Positions 1-10,854 of a stretch of 64,000 nt of DNA are shown in pieces; position 1 is the first letter of the stretch; each line of letters begins with the position of its first letter. Position numbers and translations under genes: made by a program. The DNA is from Candidatus Sumerlaeia bacterium (GTDB lineage: Bacteria > Sumerlaeota > Sumerlaeia > SLMS01 > JANRJK01), in assembly GCA_033764015.1 (NCBI GenBank), contig JANRJK010000023.1:32001-96000 (forward strand), given 5' to 3'. The notes under the pieces were generated by a model. It worked only from the letters and a program-made list of their open reading frames with translations, was not told the origin of the DNA and did no database searches.

Positions 1-746
1 TTCTCCGTCGGCCGCATTGAGACTGCCGCGGGGAGACTAAGAGCTGTTCGCCGGCAGGCTCTACGCCCGCGCCGGCGACGCTGCGATCCTGCATTGCACG
101 TGGGGCTCGCGGCCGCGCTGCGCGCGGAAGGAGGAAGACCGAAAGTCGAATGGCGAGTGGTCACTCCGAGTATGCAGCGTGACTCGTCACTCGCGCCTCG
201 TCAGTTGTCCTTTGCGGCGAAGGCGCGCGGAGGTCCTGCGCGACGACTCCGTGGCGATCGCGCAGGCCGCGACGGTGCCGCTCGCCGTCGTCGAGGGGCT
301 CCGCGAGGAGTGGCAGCGCTACGCGCTGGTGAACGTCGCGTTCACAAGACGTTCGGCGTTCGGGATAGCGAATTCTCGAACGCCGCTCGCCGTGGAAATC
401 CCCAGTTGTCACGTCCAGTGGGCGCCCTGCGCCGAGATGCCGAAGACCCGCTTGTCGGCGACCGTCGGCGACTTGCCGGGCGAGCCGCCAGGGACGGCAC
501 GGGCGACGTCGCGTCCGCCCCGCGAGAGCGTCACGGCCTCGCCGCGCGTGGCGGGAAGGATACAGTCTCGGACTTTGCGAAGCCGGGACGATGCAGCCGT
601 TCCGCATTGCCGATGCGGAGGTGTCGCCCCCCGAAACCGTCCTGCGCTCGTTCGCCAAGAACCGCCTGCTAGAGCGGGCTGGTAGGACCCTGATGGCGTC
701 CCTCGCGGCACGGGGCGAGGGCCCACGGCGTAGCGTCTCCTTGGCT

Positions 747-1334
747 TCAGCCGATGTGGGGGAGGACCTCGGTGAACAGGAGGTTCAGAAGCGCGGAACC
801 CTCCGGACGGCTCCAATCCTGGGCGAGCTCCGCGATCAAGGTATTGGTGGCCGTAAGCACGACCCCCTCGTTCTCCATGCGTCGGCGCGACATGTCCTCC
901 GAAATCTCGAACGGCGACCCCGACGCATCCATAATCGCCTGGACTCCGAACCCTTCGCGGCGAGCTGAAATGGTCGGGTACACAAGGCACACGTCTGTGG
1001 TCACTCCGGCCATGGCAAAGTTGCGCCGCCCAGTTTCCAGGGCCGCGCGCCGGAAGTTTTCGTCGGTCCAGGCGTTCACGATCCCTGCCCGTCGCACGCG
1101 CTTGGCAAATGCTTCCGGCAGAATCTCCTTCAGTTCCGGCATCAGCGGACCCTGCAATCGGTCTTCCTGACTGCTGGTCAGGACAACAGGCAGCCCCAGG
1201 ATGCGTGCCGCTTTCGCAAGGGCCAGTGTGTTCTTCTTCACGACAGCCATGTCCAGGTTCTTGATGAGCTGCATCGTGCCGACCTGATGATCGATGAGGA
1301 GGAGTGCCGTGTCCTCGGCGGAGAAATACTGCAT
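747..1334 (-). CDS. Isochorismatase-family (YcaC-like) cysteine hydrolase
   Basis: ALLLIDHQ N-terminal motif and AGVTTDVC catalytic Cys motif; start taken at MQYFSAEDT. Confidence 0.9.
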   Translation of the reverse strand: MQYFSAEDTALLLIDHQVGTMQLIKNLDMAVVKKNTLALAKAARILGLPVVLTSSQEDRLQGPLMPELKEILPEAFAKRVRRAGIVNAWTDENFRRAALETGRRNFAMAGVTTDVCLVYPTISARREGFGVQAIMDASGSPFEISEDMSRRRMENEGVVLTATNTLIAELAQDWSRPEGSALLNLLFTEVLPHIG

Positions 1335-1484
1335 GGAAACTTGCCCTTTCGTGGGAGGATTCTGAATTCGCGGCATCGCGATCCTGAACGGGTTCGACCC
1401 TCGGGTATCGAGTGCGCGATCAAAGTTCTACAGGCTGGACATTACGCAGCGTTTCGGGTAGAGCATGCACCGCAAGAACCGGCG

Positions 1485-1994
1485 TTACTCGACCGTAAGT
1501 TGCTGATTGGAAAGTCGAAGCGAGATGTTGATCACGCCATCATTCACCAACCATGGCCTGATCACAAATCGACGGGCCCCGGATTGGTGCATGGGGTCGT
1601 TCTCGGCGAGCTGCTTGGCTTCGGACAGATTCCCGCCCCGCACCACAATCAAGCCGGCACCCGACCACATTTCCGAATCGGGATCGCCAAGCGGTCCTGC
1701 GGCGAAGAGCTTCTCTTCCTGCTCCAGTTGCTCGAGGTACTCAAGGTGCCGGGGCACCACTGCCTTCACGGCGTCGCCTGTGCCGGTCGGTAGGGACTCG
1801 ATGGCAAACAGTTGCAGGGATAGGCGTCCCTTGCTTGCTTCACGCGCCTTCTGGAAAGGAAGGGCTGTCATGCCTACTTGCGTCAGCAGCGTTGCCGCAG
1901 CAACAAGCAACACCAATCCGGCAAGGGAATGTTTGCCCTTCAAACGCCGTCCGCCTGCCGGGATGGGACTGTTGGGAGCGGTGGAGTCGGGCAT
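1485..1994 (-). CDS. YciI-family protein with N-terminal hydrophobic segment
   Basis: HLEYL..LE..G(K)LFAAGPL, GLIVVR, EAKQLAENDPMH..G.R....RPW motifs typical of YciI. Confidence 0.75.
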   Translation of the reverse strand: MPDSTAPNSPIPAGGRRLKGKHSLAGLVLLVAAATLLTQVGMTALPFQKAREASKGRLSLQLFAIESLPTGTGDAVKAVVPRHLEYLEQLEQEEKLFAAGPLGDPDSEMWSGAGLIVVRGGNLSEAKQLAENDPMHQSGARRFVIRPWLVNDGVINISLRLSNQQLTVE

Positions 1995-2525
1995 GGCAAG
2001 TTTCCTTTTCAGGTTAAGGTGCGGTTCTGCCGGAGCGACGCTCCGCGAATCCGTCCTGCAGGCTTAGTCCGGCTGCGTGCTCTTTCGAAGCTCGGCCAGT
2101 GGAGCCTCCGGGCCCACCCACCCCTGACGCCAGCTAGCCGAAAGTGAGAACTTTCCCTACCCAAAGTGGGCTCCCGGGCGGGCGAGCGCCGTGGCCGCGT
2201 TCAGCACCTTCCCCGGCGGTCGCCCCATGGGAATCGCCTCCCAATGCCCCACCCACCCGGGCGTTGCCGGCTCGCGCCCGGACGAACCGCCCGCGCATGC
2301 CGCGAGACGAACGGCGATGGCGATACTCACGAGCCGCGTACGGCGGCGGTTAGGGTGAGGCCGCGACTTCGTCGATCAGGGCGCGAAAGGCCGCCGCGGG
2401 TTCATCCTCCGTGCGACCCATCTGGAGCAGGATCGTGCGGTAGATCGCGGTCGCAGCGCGAAGGTGCGGGTGCTCGTGGCCGGCCGCAGGTTCCTCTCCA
2501 TTCTTGCGGAGCTGGAGGCTCAAGC

Positions 2526-2640
2526 GGCGCCACGATCATCATCCCGCCCCGCCGGTTCCTCCACCCCGTGATGGAGAAGTACCGGCCGCAGGTGGTCGGG
2601 AACTCCCGCGACGCGATCAGGTCGGTGATGGGGGCTGATC
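2526..2640 (+). pseudogene. Possible C-terminal fragment of a phage virion morphogenesis/tail-completion protein
   Basis: Frame reads GATIIIPPRRFLHPVMEKYRPQVVGNSRDAIRSVMG, resembling the IP(A/P)RPFL.P motif of phage morphogenesis proteins; no credible start. Confidence 0.35.
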
Positions 2641-2904
2641 GCGGGGGATCGCGGAGTGGACGATTGCGGTTACCGGGGTTAACCCAACCGGCGGCAGAGT
2701 GATTGAGTCGGATAGCTGTAGGAACGGCTATCCGGCACCGCCAGACGGACAAGTCGGACGTCTCTCTCAATGTGGCTCCTGCCGCCAAACCCGACAAGCG
2801 GCGGGTAGGCAGAGGTCGCGTGAGATTCGAGTTCGCCGCCCGCGGCCTGGCGGCATGTCGTGAGGCAGATCGATGAAGCACGCCATCACTCCTGGTGATA
2901 CCCT

Positions 2905-3963
2905 GTGACTACCCTCAATCGTGGGGCGTTGGTCCCGTTCGTCTTGAGACTTCTTGGCATTTGGATCGCCTGCGCGACCCCGTCTGGCGTCGGGCTGGCC
3001 CAGGTCAACAACGGCGCACACCGACCCGACGCCGTTGCACCCGCTCCGCCGCCCGACGACCCGATCAGCCAATTCGTACGCCGCATCCACGAGGACCGTC
3101 GCGGTCACCTGTGGTTTGGTACCAACGGCGACGGTGTGGCGCGCTGGAATGGCGAGGCCATCGAGTACTTCTCGCTCCCTCAGGGCTTCGGTGGCGTCGC
3201 GGTGCGCGCGATCGTCGAGGGGGTCGACGGCAGCATCTGGTTCGGGACCGAGGGCGGTCTGACGAAGTTCGACGGCGCGTCGTTTACGAACTACACTGTG
3301 CGCGACGGGCTGGTCGGCGAAGACGTCTGGTCCCTCGTCTTCGACCGTCGTGGCGGTTTGTGGGTGGGCACGCTGGAGGGGGTTTGCCGGTTTGACGGCG
3401 CCCGATTCACGCCGTTTGAACTGCCAGAGGCCCAGCCGGATCCCATGGTTGGCGTCACTGGCGCGCGCATGGTTCGCAGCATCACCGAAGATCGGGCCGG
3501 CCGTCTGTGGTTCGGCACCAACGGCGGGGCCTACGTATACGACGGCAAGTCGCTTCGAAACTACAGCGAGGCGGATGGCTTGTCGAACAACAACGTCAAC
3601 TGCATCCTCGAGGACCGGAACGGCCGCGTCTGGTTTGCGACGCAGCACAACGGTGTTTGCTTTTTGGACGGCGAGACGTTCACCGCCGTCACCGCCGACG
3701 ACGGCGTCGAAGGCACAGAGGTGTGGGACCTCTTCATGGACCGTGAAGGCGCGATCTGGTTTCCCGTCGAGAACTCCGGCATTTACCGTTTCGACGGCAA
3801 GAGATTCCAAGGCTACGGTGAGGCCGAGGGGCTGGCCAGCAACGCGATCCAATGCACGCACCAGAGCCGCGATGGGCGGCTGTGGTTCGGTGGCTATCTC
3901 GGCCTCTTCCGTCTTAGGGGCGACGCGATTGTCGCGGTCACGCGCGCCGGGCCGTGGCGCTAG
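2905..3963 (+). CDS. Secreted two-component-regulator propeller (Reg_prop) repeat protein
   Basis: Signal-like N-terminus and about 7 repeats of EDR.G.LWFGT..G...FDG..F..Y...DGL. Confidence 0.85.
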   Translation: MTTLNRGALVPFVLRLLGIWIACATPSGVGLAQVNNGAHRPDAVAPAPPPDDPISQFVRRIHEDRRGHLWFGTNGDGVARWNGEAIEYFSLPQGFGGVAVRAIVEGVDGSIWFGTEGGLTKFDGASFTNYTVRDGLVGEDVWSLVFDRRGGLWVGTLEGVCRFDGARFTPFELPEAQPDPMVGVTGARMVRSITEDRAGRLWFGTNGGAYVYDGKSLRNYSEADGLSNNNVNCILEDRNGRVWFATQHNGVCFLDGETFTAVTADDGVEGTEVWDLFMDREGAIWFPVENSGIYRFDGKRFQGYGEAEGLASNAIQCTHQSRDGRLWFGGYLGLFRLRGDAIVAVTRAGPWR

Positions 3964-4322
3964 CTGGTGCAGTGAACTCGGCATGTCCGCAGGCGACGCT
4001 ATCGAGCGTCCGAGGACGGTGGCAGTTCCCGGCGTTTGACGATGCGCTGCGCTCGTGGCCGCAATTCCCGATGTTGCGGAGTCAGCTCTGCGGAGCCACT
4101 TCCAAATCCCACAATCCCAACATTCCGCATTGACGCGCCGCCCCCGCGAGGAGGCGGCGTCTTTCGTGGTTCCGGGCCCCGTCCGGGGCCGCCCTGCGGG
4201 CCGGGATCGGCTCCGACTTCGCGGAGGCGTTCCCGGCGGCGCTGAAGACGGCGAAGACCTTTGCGGACCGTCTTGCGGAGAGCGGCGACCTCGATCGGAG
4301 GGAAGGCGGCGGGAATCGCGGG

Positions 4323-5267
4323 TCAGCGTTCGACGTTGCGGTCGAGGAAGTCGAGCATCAGGCGCCCGATCGTTTCGCTGTCTTCCTCAAGGGCGAAGTG
4401 GCCGGTGTTGAGCAGGTGGAACTCCGCGTTGGGCAGGTCCTTGAGGTAAGGGTGGGCGCCGGCGGCGGGGAAGATCTGGTCGTTGCGGCCCCAGACGATC
4501 AGCACCGGCGGCTGGTGCTGGCGGAAGTACTCCTGCCATCGCGGGTACAGGGGCGGGTTCGTTCCGTAGCTGAGGAACAGGTCGAGCTGGATCTCCTGAT
4601 TGCCGGGGCGGTCGAGGAAGTGCTGGTCGAGGGTCCAGGTATCCGGGCTGATCGCTGCGGGATTGCGGGTGCCGTGGGTCCATTGCCACTTCGTCGCGTC
4701 GAGCTTCAGGAATGGTCGGAGCGCCTCGCGGTTCTCCTGGCTCGGGTCGGCCCAGTACTTCTTGATCGGTCCCCAGAACTCGTCCGGGAGTCCCTCGACG
4801 TATGCGTTGCCGTTCTGCACGGTGATGGTGCTCACGCGGTCCGGGTGCTTCGCCGCAAGGCGGTATCCGACCGGAGCGCCGTAGTCCTGCACGTAGAGCG
4901 AGTACTCCTTCAGCTCGAGTTCTTCCGTGAAGTCCTCGATCACGCTGGCGAGATTATCAAAGGTGTACGTGAATGTCTCGCGGGCGGGGGCGGAGCTGTA
5001 GCCGTAGCCGGGGTAGTCGGGCGCGACCACATGGTAGCGTTCCGCGAGTTGCGGGATCAGGTCGCGGAACATGTGGGACGAGGTCGGGAAGCCGTGGAGG
5101 AGGAGCACCGTTGGGTTCTCGCGATCGCCGGCTTCGCGGTAGAAGATGTCGAGTCCTTCGACTTCGACAGTGTTGTAGGTGACTCCTTCGGGAGTTTTGG
5201 CCGGGGCTGCCGAGAGGAAGAGGGCAAGAAGCCCGGAAGTGAAGAGGGAGAGGCGGGTTGCACGCAT
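4323..5267 (-). CDS. Alpha/beta-fold hydrolase (epoxide hydrolase-like) with signal peptide
   Basis: [24 protein letters not shown] nucleophile motif, C-terminal TGHFALE; start MRATRLSLF. Confidence 0.92.
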   Translation of the reverse strand: MRATRLSLFTSGLLALFLSAAPAKTPEGVTYNTVEVEGLDIFYREAGDRENPTVLLLHGFPTSSHMFRDLIPQLAERYHVVAPDYPGYGYSSAPARETFTYTFDNLASVIEDFTEELELKEYSLYVQDYGAPVGYRLAAKHPDRVSTITVQNGNAYVEGLPDEFWGPIKKYWADPSQENREALRPFLKLDATKWQWTHGTRNPAAISPDTWTLDQHFLDRPGNQEIQLDLFLSYGTNPPLYPRWQEYFRQHQPPVLIVWGRNDQIFPAAGAHPYLKDLPNAEFHLLNTGHFALEEDSETIGRLMLDFLDRNVER

Positions 5268-5362
5268 GGGAGTGGTCCTTGTGGGAGGTTGAGGGTTGCG
5301 CGGAGGAGGACGGTTGCGAGCGGGGGCTCTGTGACGGTTGTCTTGCTCGGGAGGCGGGTGGC

Positions 5363-5908
5363 TCAGCCGGCCTTCACCAGTGGCGCGGCCTTCGGGAAAT
5401 CCACCGTGGTCTGGGCCACGTTGTTGAAGAAGTTGGTGAAAACGTTGAGGGCGACGTTGGCGACGGTCTCGGCGATGTCGGCGTCGGTGAGCCCGGCGGC
5501 GCGGGCGGCTTCCACTTCGGCGTCGGAGACCTGGCCGCGCCTTTCGGCGACGGCAGCGGCGAATTCCACGATGGCGCGCTGGCGGGCGTCCCCCGCGGTG
5601 CCCTCGCGGGCGGCGAGGATCTGCTCCGGGGTGAGGCCCACCATCTTGCCGATGGTGCTGTGGGCGGAGGCGCAGTAGTCGCAGCCGTTGACCTCGGCGA
5701 CGGCGAGGGCGACCTGCTCGCGCTCGCGGGCGTTGAGCGTCTGGCCCAAGATTCCGCTCATCTGCAGGTAGGCTTCCAGCACGGCCGGCGAGTTCGCCAT
5801 CGTGCGCATCATGTTGGGAACCATGCCGAGCTTCCCCTTCACGGCGTTGAAGAGTTCGGCGTTCCTGCCGGCGGCGTCCGCGGGATTGAGAGCGTTGAGG
5901 CGAGGCAT
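5363..5908 (-). CDS. Carboxymuconolactone decarboxylase / AhpD-family peroxidase-related protein
   Basis: [15 protein letters not shown] and [20 protein letters not shown] (CxxC..H) motifs. Confidence 0.92.
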   Translation of the reverse strand: MPRLNALNPADAAGRNAELFNAVKGKLGMVPNMMRTMANSPAVLEAYLQMSGILGQTLNAREREQVALAVAEVNGCDYCASAHSTIGKMVGLTPEQILAAREGTAGDARQRAIVEFAAAVAERRGQVSDAEVEAARAAGLTDADIAETVANVALNVFTNFFNNVAQTTVDFPKAAPLVKAG

Positions 5909-5973
5909 CTGGGTGAGTCCTTTTCGGGAGTTTGTTTCTTCGCCGCTCGATGGCGGCTGATGGACTCAATGAT

Positions 5974-5990
5974 TGCGCGGGCGGTACCAA
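5974..5990 (-). promoter_or_regulatory. Putative sigma54 (-24/-12) promoter for the ahpD-hydrolase operon
   Basis: Minus strand TTGGTACCGCCCGCGCA = GG-N10-GC, about 65 bp upstream of the AhpD start and next to a divergent sigma54 activator. Confidence 0.6.
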
Positions 5991-6057
5991 GGCGGGCCGA
6001 TCTTGTAGACTTCTGATATTGCTGGTTTAATGCGCCGAGGTCTTGGAGACCGCCACG

Positions 6058-6112
6058 CGACGCATTTGCGTTGACCACAAAAATGCGTTGGCAAAACAAC
6101 GCATGCGCGTTG
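6058..6112. promoter_or_regulatory. Three imperfect 16-bp palindromes, putative enhancer (UAS) sites
   Basis: CGACGCATTTGCGTTG (6058-6073), CCACAAAAATGCGTTG (6075-6090), CAACGCATGCGCGTTG (6097-6112). Confidence 0.6.
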
Positions 6113-6122
6113 CCAATTGCCC

Positions 6123-7715
6123 ATGAACCTCGAAGCCCTTCAAGCCCTCACGCTCGCCATCACGCAGGAGCGCTCCGTGCAGCGCGTGATGCAGGGCGTC
6201 GTGGACGGCCTGACAGGCGAGGACATCTGCTATGCGCTGGCGCGTATCTGGGTGAAGGGGCCGGGGGACCTGTGCGGCGAGTGCCGATTCCAGGACGTGT
6301 GCCCAAACCGGAACGAGTGTCTGCACCTGATGGCCAGCGCGGGCCGCTCCGATTCGGAAACGGGGGAACGCTGGACACGGGTAGACGGCGGATTCCGGCG
6401 GTTTCCGTTGGGGCACCGCAAGGTCGGCCGGATCGGGGCGACGGGCGAGTCGCTCCTGCTCCATAATCTGGCGGAGAAAAATGACTGGATCGCCGACCGG
6501 GCGTGGGCCGAGCGCGAGCGCATCCGCAGCTTCGCGGGCCATCCTCTCGTCTTCCGCGGAGAGGTGCTGGGGGTGCTCGGCATTTTCTGCCGCGCGGGGA
6601 TCGACGACACGGCCTTTCGCTGGCTGCGCGTCTTCGCGGACCACGCGGCCATCGCGATCGCCAACGCGCGGGCCTTCGAGGAGATCGACCGCCTACGGCG
6701 CGAGCTGGAGCTGGAGAACGACCTGCTGCGGGCGGAGATCATGGACACCGTGGCGGATTCCGAGATTGTCGGCAGCGGCCCGCGCGTCCGGCAGATGCTC
6801 GAGCAGATCGAACTTGTCGCGAAGACGGAAGCCGCGGTGCTGATCCAGGGTGAATCGGGGACGGGTAAGGAGTTGGTTGCGCGGGCTCTCCATCGCCGCA
6901 GCCGCCGCGCGGACCGCCCGCTGATCAAGGTGAACTGCGCCGCCATCCCCCGCGAGCTCTTCGAGTCCGAGTTTTTCGGGCACGTCAAGGGGGCCTTCAC
7001 CGGGGCGGTGCGGGATCGCGTGGGGCGCTTCCAGCTCGCCGATCGCGGCACGCTGTTCCTCGACGAGGTTGGGGAAATCCCGCTCGACCTGCAAAGCAAG
7101 CTGCTGCGGGTGCTGCAGGAGGGGGAGTTCGAGCGGATCGGCGAGGCTTCCACCCGCAAGGTGAACGTGCGCGTGATCGCGGCAACGAATCGCGACCTGC
7201 AGCGCGAGGCGCGCGAGGGCCGCTTCCGCGAGGATCTCTACTTCCGCCTCGGAGTGTTCCCGATCAGCGTGCCGCCGCTGCGCGATCGCACGGGGGACAT
7301 CCCGGAACTGGTTTCGCACTTCCTGAAGGAGAGCGCGCGGCGACTCGGCGTCGCGGAACCCGGCGTATCGCGCGCTGATCTCGAGAGGCTAAAGGCCCAC
7401 CCGTGGCCCGGCAACATTCGCGAACTCGGCCATGCCGTGGAACGCGCCGTCATCATGGCGCGCGGCGGGCGAGCAGACTTCCGCCTTCTGGTGGACCACG
7501 CGCCAGGAGCAACTCCCGAGCGCCCAAGACCCTCAACCGAGCCGGCCGACGTCCACCGCGACGCTGACGTGCGGGCACAGCAGATCTCCAACATCCGGCG
7601 CGCGCTGCATCAGACCGACGGCCGCATCTACGGGCCCGGAGGGGCGGCGGAACTCCTCGGCATCCCCCCGACGACGCTGGCCTCGCGCGTCAAGCGTTGG
7701 AAGATCGAGCTCTGA
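6123..7715 (+). CDS. Sigma54-dependent enhancer-binding protein (GAF + AAA+ + Fis HTH)
   Basis: GESGTGKE Walker A, GAFTGA loop, LFLDEVGE Walker B, WPGNIREL, C-terminal GAAELLGIPPTTLASR HTH. Confidence 0.95.
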   Translation: MNLEALQALTLAITQERSVQRVMQGVVDGLTGEDICYALARIWVKGPGDLCGECRFQDVCPNRNECLHLMASAGRSDSETGERWTRVDGGFRRFPLGHRKVGRIGATGESLLLHNLAEKNDWIADRAWAERERIRSFAGHPLVFRGEVLGVLGIFCRAGIDDTAFRWLRVFADHAAIAIANARAFEEIDRLRRELELENDLLRAEIMDTVADSEIVGSGPRVRQMLEQIELVAKTEAAVLIQGESGTGKELVARALHRRSRRADRPLIKVNCAAIPRELFESEFFGHVKGAFTGAVRDRVGRFQLADRGTLFLDEVGEIPLDLQSKLLRVLQEGEFERIGEASTRKVNVRVIAATNRDLQREAREGRFREDLYFRLGVFPISVPPLRDRTGDIPELVSHFLKESARRLGVAEPGVSRADLERLKAHPWPGNIRELGHAVERAVIMARGGRADFRLLVDHAPGATPERPRPSTEPADVHRDADVRAQQISNIRRALHQTDGRIYGPGGAAELLGIPPTTLASRVKRWKIEL

Positions 7716-8215
7716 GGTCACGCTGTGGGGAATCGGGGAGTCACTTCCACCGCAGCCGATGTCGCTCCCGCGCCCCCTCGACGTACCGGTCCACGGCGGT
7801 GGCGGATCGGAGCAACTCCCCGAGGAGGACCGATCCACGTCGAAATCACGCAAGGCCCGCTACCGGCCATCGCGCCGCGGATCGACGCCGGCCACGAGGA
7901 GTGCCTGACACTCCGGGAGCCGAAGCAGGATATCCTAATCGCCGACCCGGAGGACGAGCGGCTCCAGAAAGGTGCGTCCGGGCCGCCCCGGTGGGGGTCC
8001 TTGACCCGGCCGATCATTTTGCAGTCACTTGTTCCATGAACCCAAAATCAAGGAACTCACTCGTGCGTGCCTTCTGCACTGCCTACGCTTCATCTTTTCT
8101 CGCGTACGTTCCGATGCTCGCCGGAACTTCCGCAGTTGCCGCCGGTGGCGGACCACCCGCCGAGCCAAGCCGGCACGGAGGCGTTCGTGGCGGATTCGAA
8201 GGTGTTCGGCGGGGG

Positions 8216-8545
8216 ATGCGCCGGGCGGCCGCGGTCGCCGCGCTGGTTGCGGTCGGCTGCTCTGGGGTGCAGCGGGAACGCTACTTCACCGGCAGCCTCG
8301 ATGATGAGGTCGCGCGAGTCTACCCGGAGGCCGTGATCACGCAACTCGGGGGGAGCAGCTCGGACAACTCGGGCCCCTTCTTCATCGGGCGGGTCGAGAC
8401 GGTGGGCGAGCGCTACCTCTTGGTGGCGCCTGAGTTCCGCGCCTTGCTGGAGGCCGATGCCACGCGCAAGGGCCGCCGCTGGCTGGTGACCGGGTGGAAG
8501 CTCGACTACCTCGACTACACACCGGCGACTCCCACGGCCCCATGA
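8216..8545 (+). CDS. Hypothetical lipoprotein
   Basis: MRRAAAVAALVAVGC lipobox-like leader followed by a protein-like sequence; start uncertain (in-frame ATG also at 8036). Confidence 0.45.
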   Translation: MRRAAAVAALVAVGCSGVQRERYFTGSLDDEVARVYPEAVITQLGGSSSDNSGPFFIGRVETVGERYLLVAPEFRALLEADATRKGRRWLVTGWKLDYLDYTPATPTAP

Positions 8546-8747
8546 GGCGCCGATCACCGGCTTGCCGTTGAACCCTGACAGTCCGCCGAGCACGTTTACC
8601 GACCCGACTCCAACGGCTGCGAGGGCAGCTAGTGTGTACCGGGGTCTGCTGGAAAGGGTGGGCACCGTAACAAGGCGGATCGGCCCGGGACCGCAGCCAC
8701 CGCAGCACGATGGCCTGCCGGGTGAATCGTATCCGAATGCATGATAA

Positions 8748-9368
8748 TTATGACAAACCGGGACGATTAGGAGTGGCGAGGCGCGCAATCAGATCGAGGA
8801 ACTGTTGGTAGAGCTGCGGCCAAGGGATCACCTTTTGTGTCATGTCGGCGCGGTGCACGAGTTCCCCTCCCAGAAGGATGATCTGGAGGGCCATCGCTGT
8901 TGGATTGGGCACATCCAGCTCTCCGCGATCAACACCCTGCTGCAGCAGGAGCGCGAGCTCTGGGGTGAGGGCGATAATCGCATGGTTCATGATCCGTTCG
9001 TGCACAACGGGATCCTGGCGAATGAAGCCGAAAGACAGGAAGTCCACCGCCACACGGAAATTGCGCCCGGAGTCGAGCGCACCCGCGACCTGGAGGAGCT
9101 TCTGCATGGAGTCCAGCTGTTCGTTAGCCCGGAGGGACACCAACTGTTCGCACATAGCGTCGATGCGGGCCTCCACAAGTGAGACCAACAGGTCGTCCTT
9201 CGTACGGAAGTAACGGTAGAAGGTGCCGTGTGCGATGCCGACGCGGCGCGTGATGTCTTCAATGCTTGTGGAGACGAAACCGTTCTCTCGAAACAGACTC
9301 TCCGAGACCGAGAGGATTTCCGCCTTCCGGTCCGCGACCTGCTTTCTCGTGTCCTTATTCAGTGGCAA
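8748..9368 (-). CDS. TetR/AcrR-family transcriptional regulator
   Basis: ILSVSESLFRENGFVSTSIEDITRRVGIAHGTFYRYFRTKDDLL HTH; TTG start after GGAG assumed. Confidence 0.9.
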   Translation of the reverse strand: MPLNKDTRKQVADRKAEILSVSESLFRENGFVSTSIEDITRRVGIAHGTFYRYFRTKDDLLVSLVEARIDAMCEQLVSLRANEQLDSMQKLLQVAGALDSGRNFRVAVDFLSFGFIRQDPVVHERIMNHAIIALTPELALLLQQGVDRGELDVPNPTAMALQIILLGGELVHRADMTQKVIPWPQLYQQFLDLIARLATPNRPGLS

Positions 9369-9510
9369 CCAAATGCTCCGGCGACGCGACCTTGGAAATA
9401 AAGCCAATTGCAGATCCGGGCGTGGGGGCGGGGCAAGTGGAATCAAAGGGGTAATAATGGGTAAGGGCGGATGTCGGGGGACGGCGCCGGCCGCCCCCCG
9501 GGACGAGAGG

Positions 9511-10242
9511 TTACCGGACGATCACGCCAGTCCCCACTGGGGTCGGAGTCGGGCTGGGCGTGGGGGATGCCTCGGGAAAGATCAGCGGGAGGTTCGGCGA
9601 GTGGCCTTTGCCGGGGACCAGCGGAGGCTTGTTGCATGGGGCAGGCGTGCCACCGTCGCTGCAAGCCGATGCCTCGGAAACAGTCTCCTTGTACGAACGG
9701 GCCAACCAATCGTCTCCAACTCTTGTAAACACGAACTCGTCGAGGCCCACCTCGCGGGTCGTCCGGAAGGCAATGACAAAATCGCCGGTCCAGATGTGTT
9801 CGTGGTAACCGATTAGTTTGACGACATCCGGATCTTCGGTAGGGATCAGGTAGTGGGCATACGGGGGCGCCAGCATTGTTCCCTCCACTGCGGCGGCGGT
9901 GTCGATCGCCTGGCTCGAAATCCAATCCGCGATCTTGTACGATGCTGCCTCCGGGAAAAGCGCATTCCCGTCCGCATCATACACTTCATAGTAGAAAGGG
10001 TCGGTGAAAATCCCCTGCATCGTGGCAAGGAGCTCGTCATCCAGTTCGCTCGATCGAGTGGCGATGTACTCGTCCATTGCCTTCAGCCAAGTGGCGGCCT
10101 TGTTGTTCAGGATGGCTTCGATCTCGACCTGTTCGGGGGTCAGCGGCTGGCGCTCGATCGGAGGATGGGTGGACTTGGACTGCGCGCTTGACAGCGCAGG
10201 GAGTTGGGAGAGCAGGGCGACGAAGAGGAGACTGGGACGCAT
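9511..10242 (-). CDS. Secreted hypothetical protein with PT-rich tail
   Basis: Signal peptide MRPSLLFVALLSQLPALSSA; ends SPTPSPTPTPVGTGVIVR. Confidence 0.7.
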   Translation of the reverse strand: MRPSLLFVALLSQLPALSSAQSKSTHPPIERQPLTPEQVEIEAILNNKAATWLKAMDEYIATRSSELDDELLATMQGIFTDPFYYEVYDADGNALFPEAASYKIADWISSQAIDTAAAVEGTMLAPPYAHYLIPTEDPDVVKLIGYHEHIWTGDFVIAFRTTREVGLDEFVFTRVGDDWLARSYKETVSEASACSDGGTPAPCNKPPLVPGKGHSPNLPLIFPEASPTPSPTPTPVGTGVIVR

Positions 10243-10668
10243 CTGTGGGACACCTTGGTGGGAGGTCGAGCAGGCCGTGCGACACGCGTCGACACGCGAC
10301 GCCAACCTGCGGAAAAGGTGACTAGCAGTCAACTCAAAAGTGACCAACAGTCACTTTTGCGGGGTCCGCCCAGCGCCGACTCGCACGCCGATGCGACGCC
10401 CTCCACGCGGAGGACGAACGGAGAGTTGCCCTTGGACGCATTCGCCGATCCGCGCTGCTCCCTTGGGCCGAGAAGTACACCCAGCGCCGCGGGTCCACGC
10501 CGCGCGCCTCCACCCATCCTGGCGTAGGCTCGATCGAAAGCGCGGCGAAATCGTTCTCCCCGCGGAGAAGGCCGCGCCGCTGATGCCCAGCTCGGCCTCG
10601 GCAGCCACGGTGTGCGAACTAGTGCTGCCGCCGACGACGGACGCATCCAGCGACACGGCGCGAATGTT

Positions 10669-10854
10669 CCCGCCAATCCCTGGAAGACGATTGCGTGATG
10701 TTCCTGCTCATGGAGTCCAAGTGGTGGGACGGCTACCGCACCAGGAAGTGGAAGCACTTCGCGAAGACCTTCGCCCCGCTGACGGAGCTGCGGGAGGCGC
10801 CGGGGTAGCCGGGGGGATGTGCCTCAGGCCTCGCACACCGCGGAGCAGTTCGGG
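10669..10854 (+). repeat. 186-bp direct repeat, copy 1
   Basis: Aligns with 13610-13795 (offset 2941); about 6 mismatches counted by eye. Confidence 0.95.

Noticed and set aside
1..700. Overlapping short ORFs at the window start
   Set aside because: Patches look coding, possibly a frameshifted remnant, but no family could be recognised and no frame is convincing
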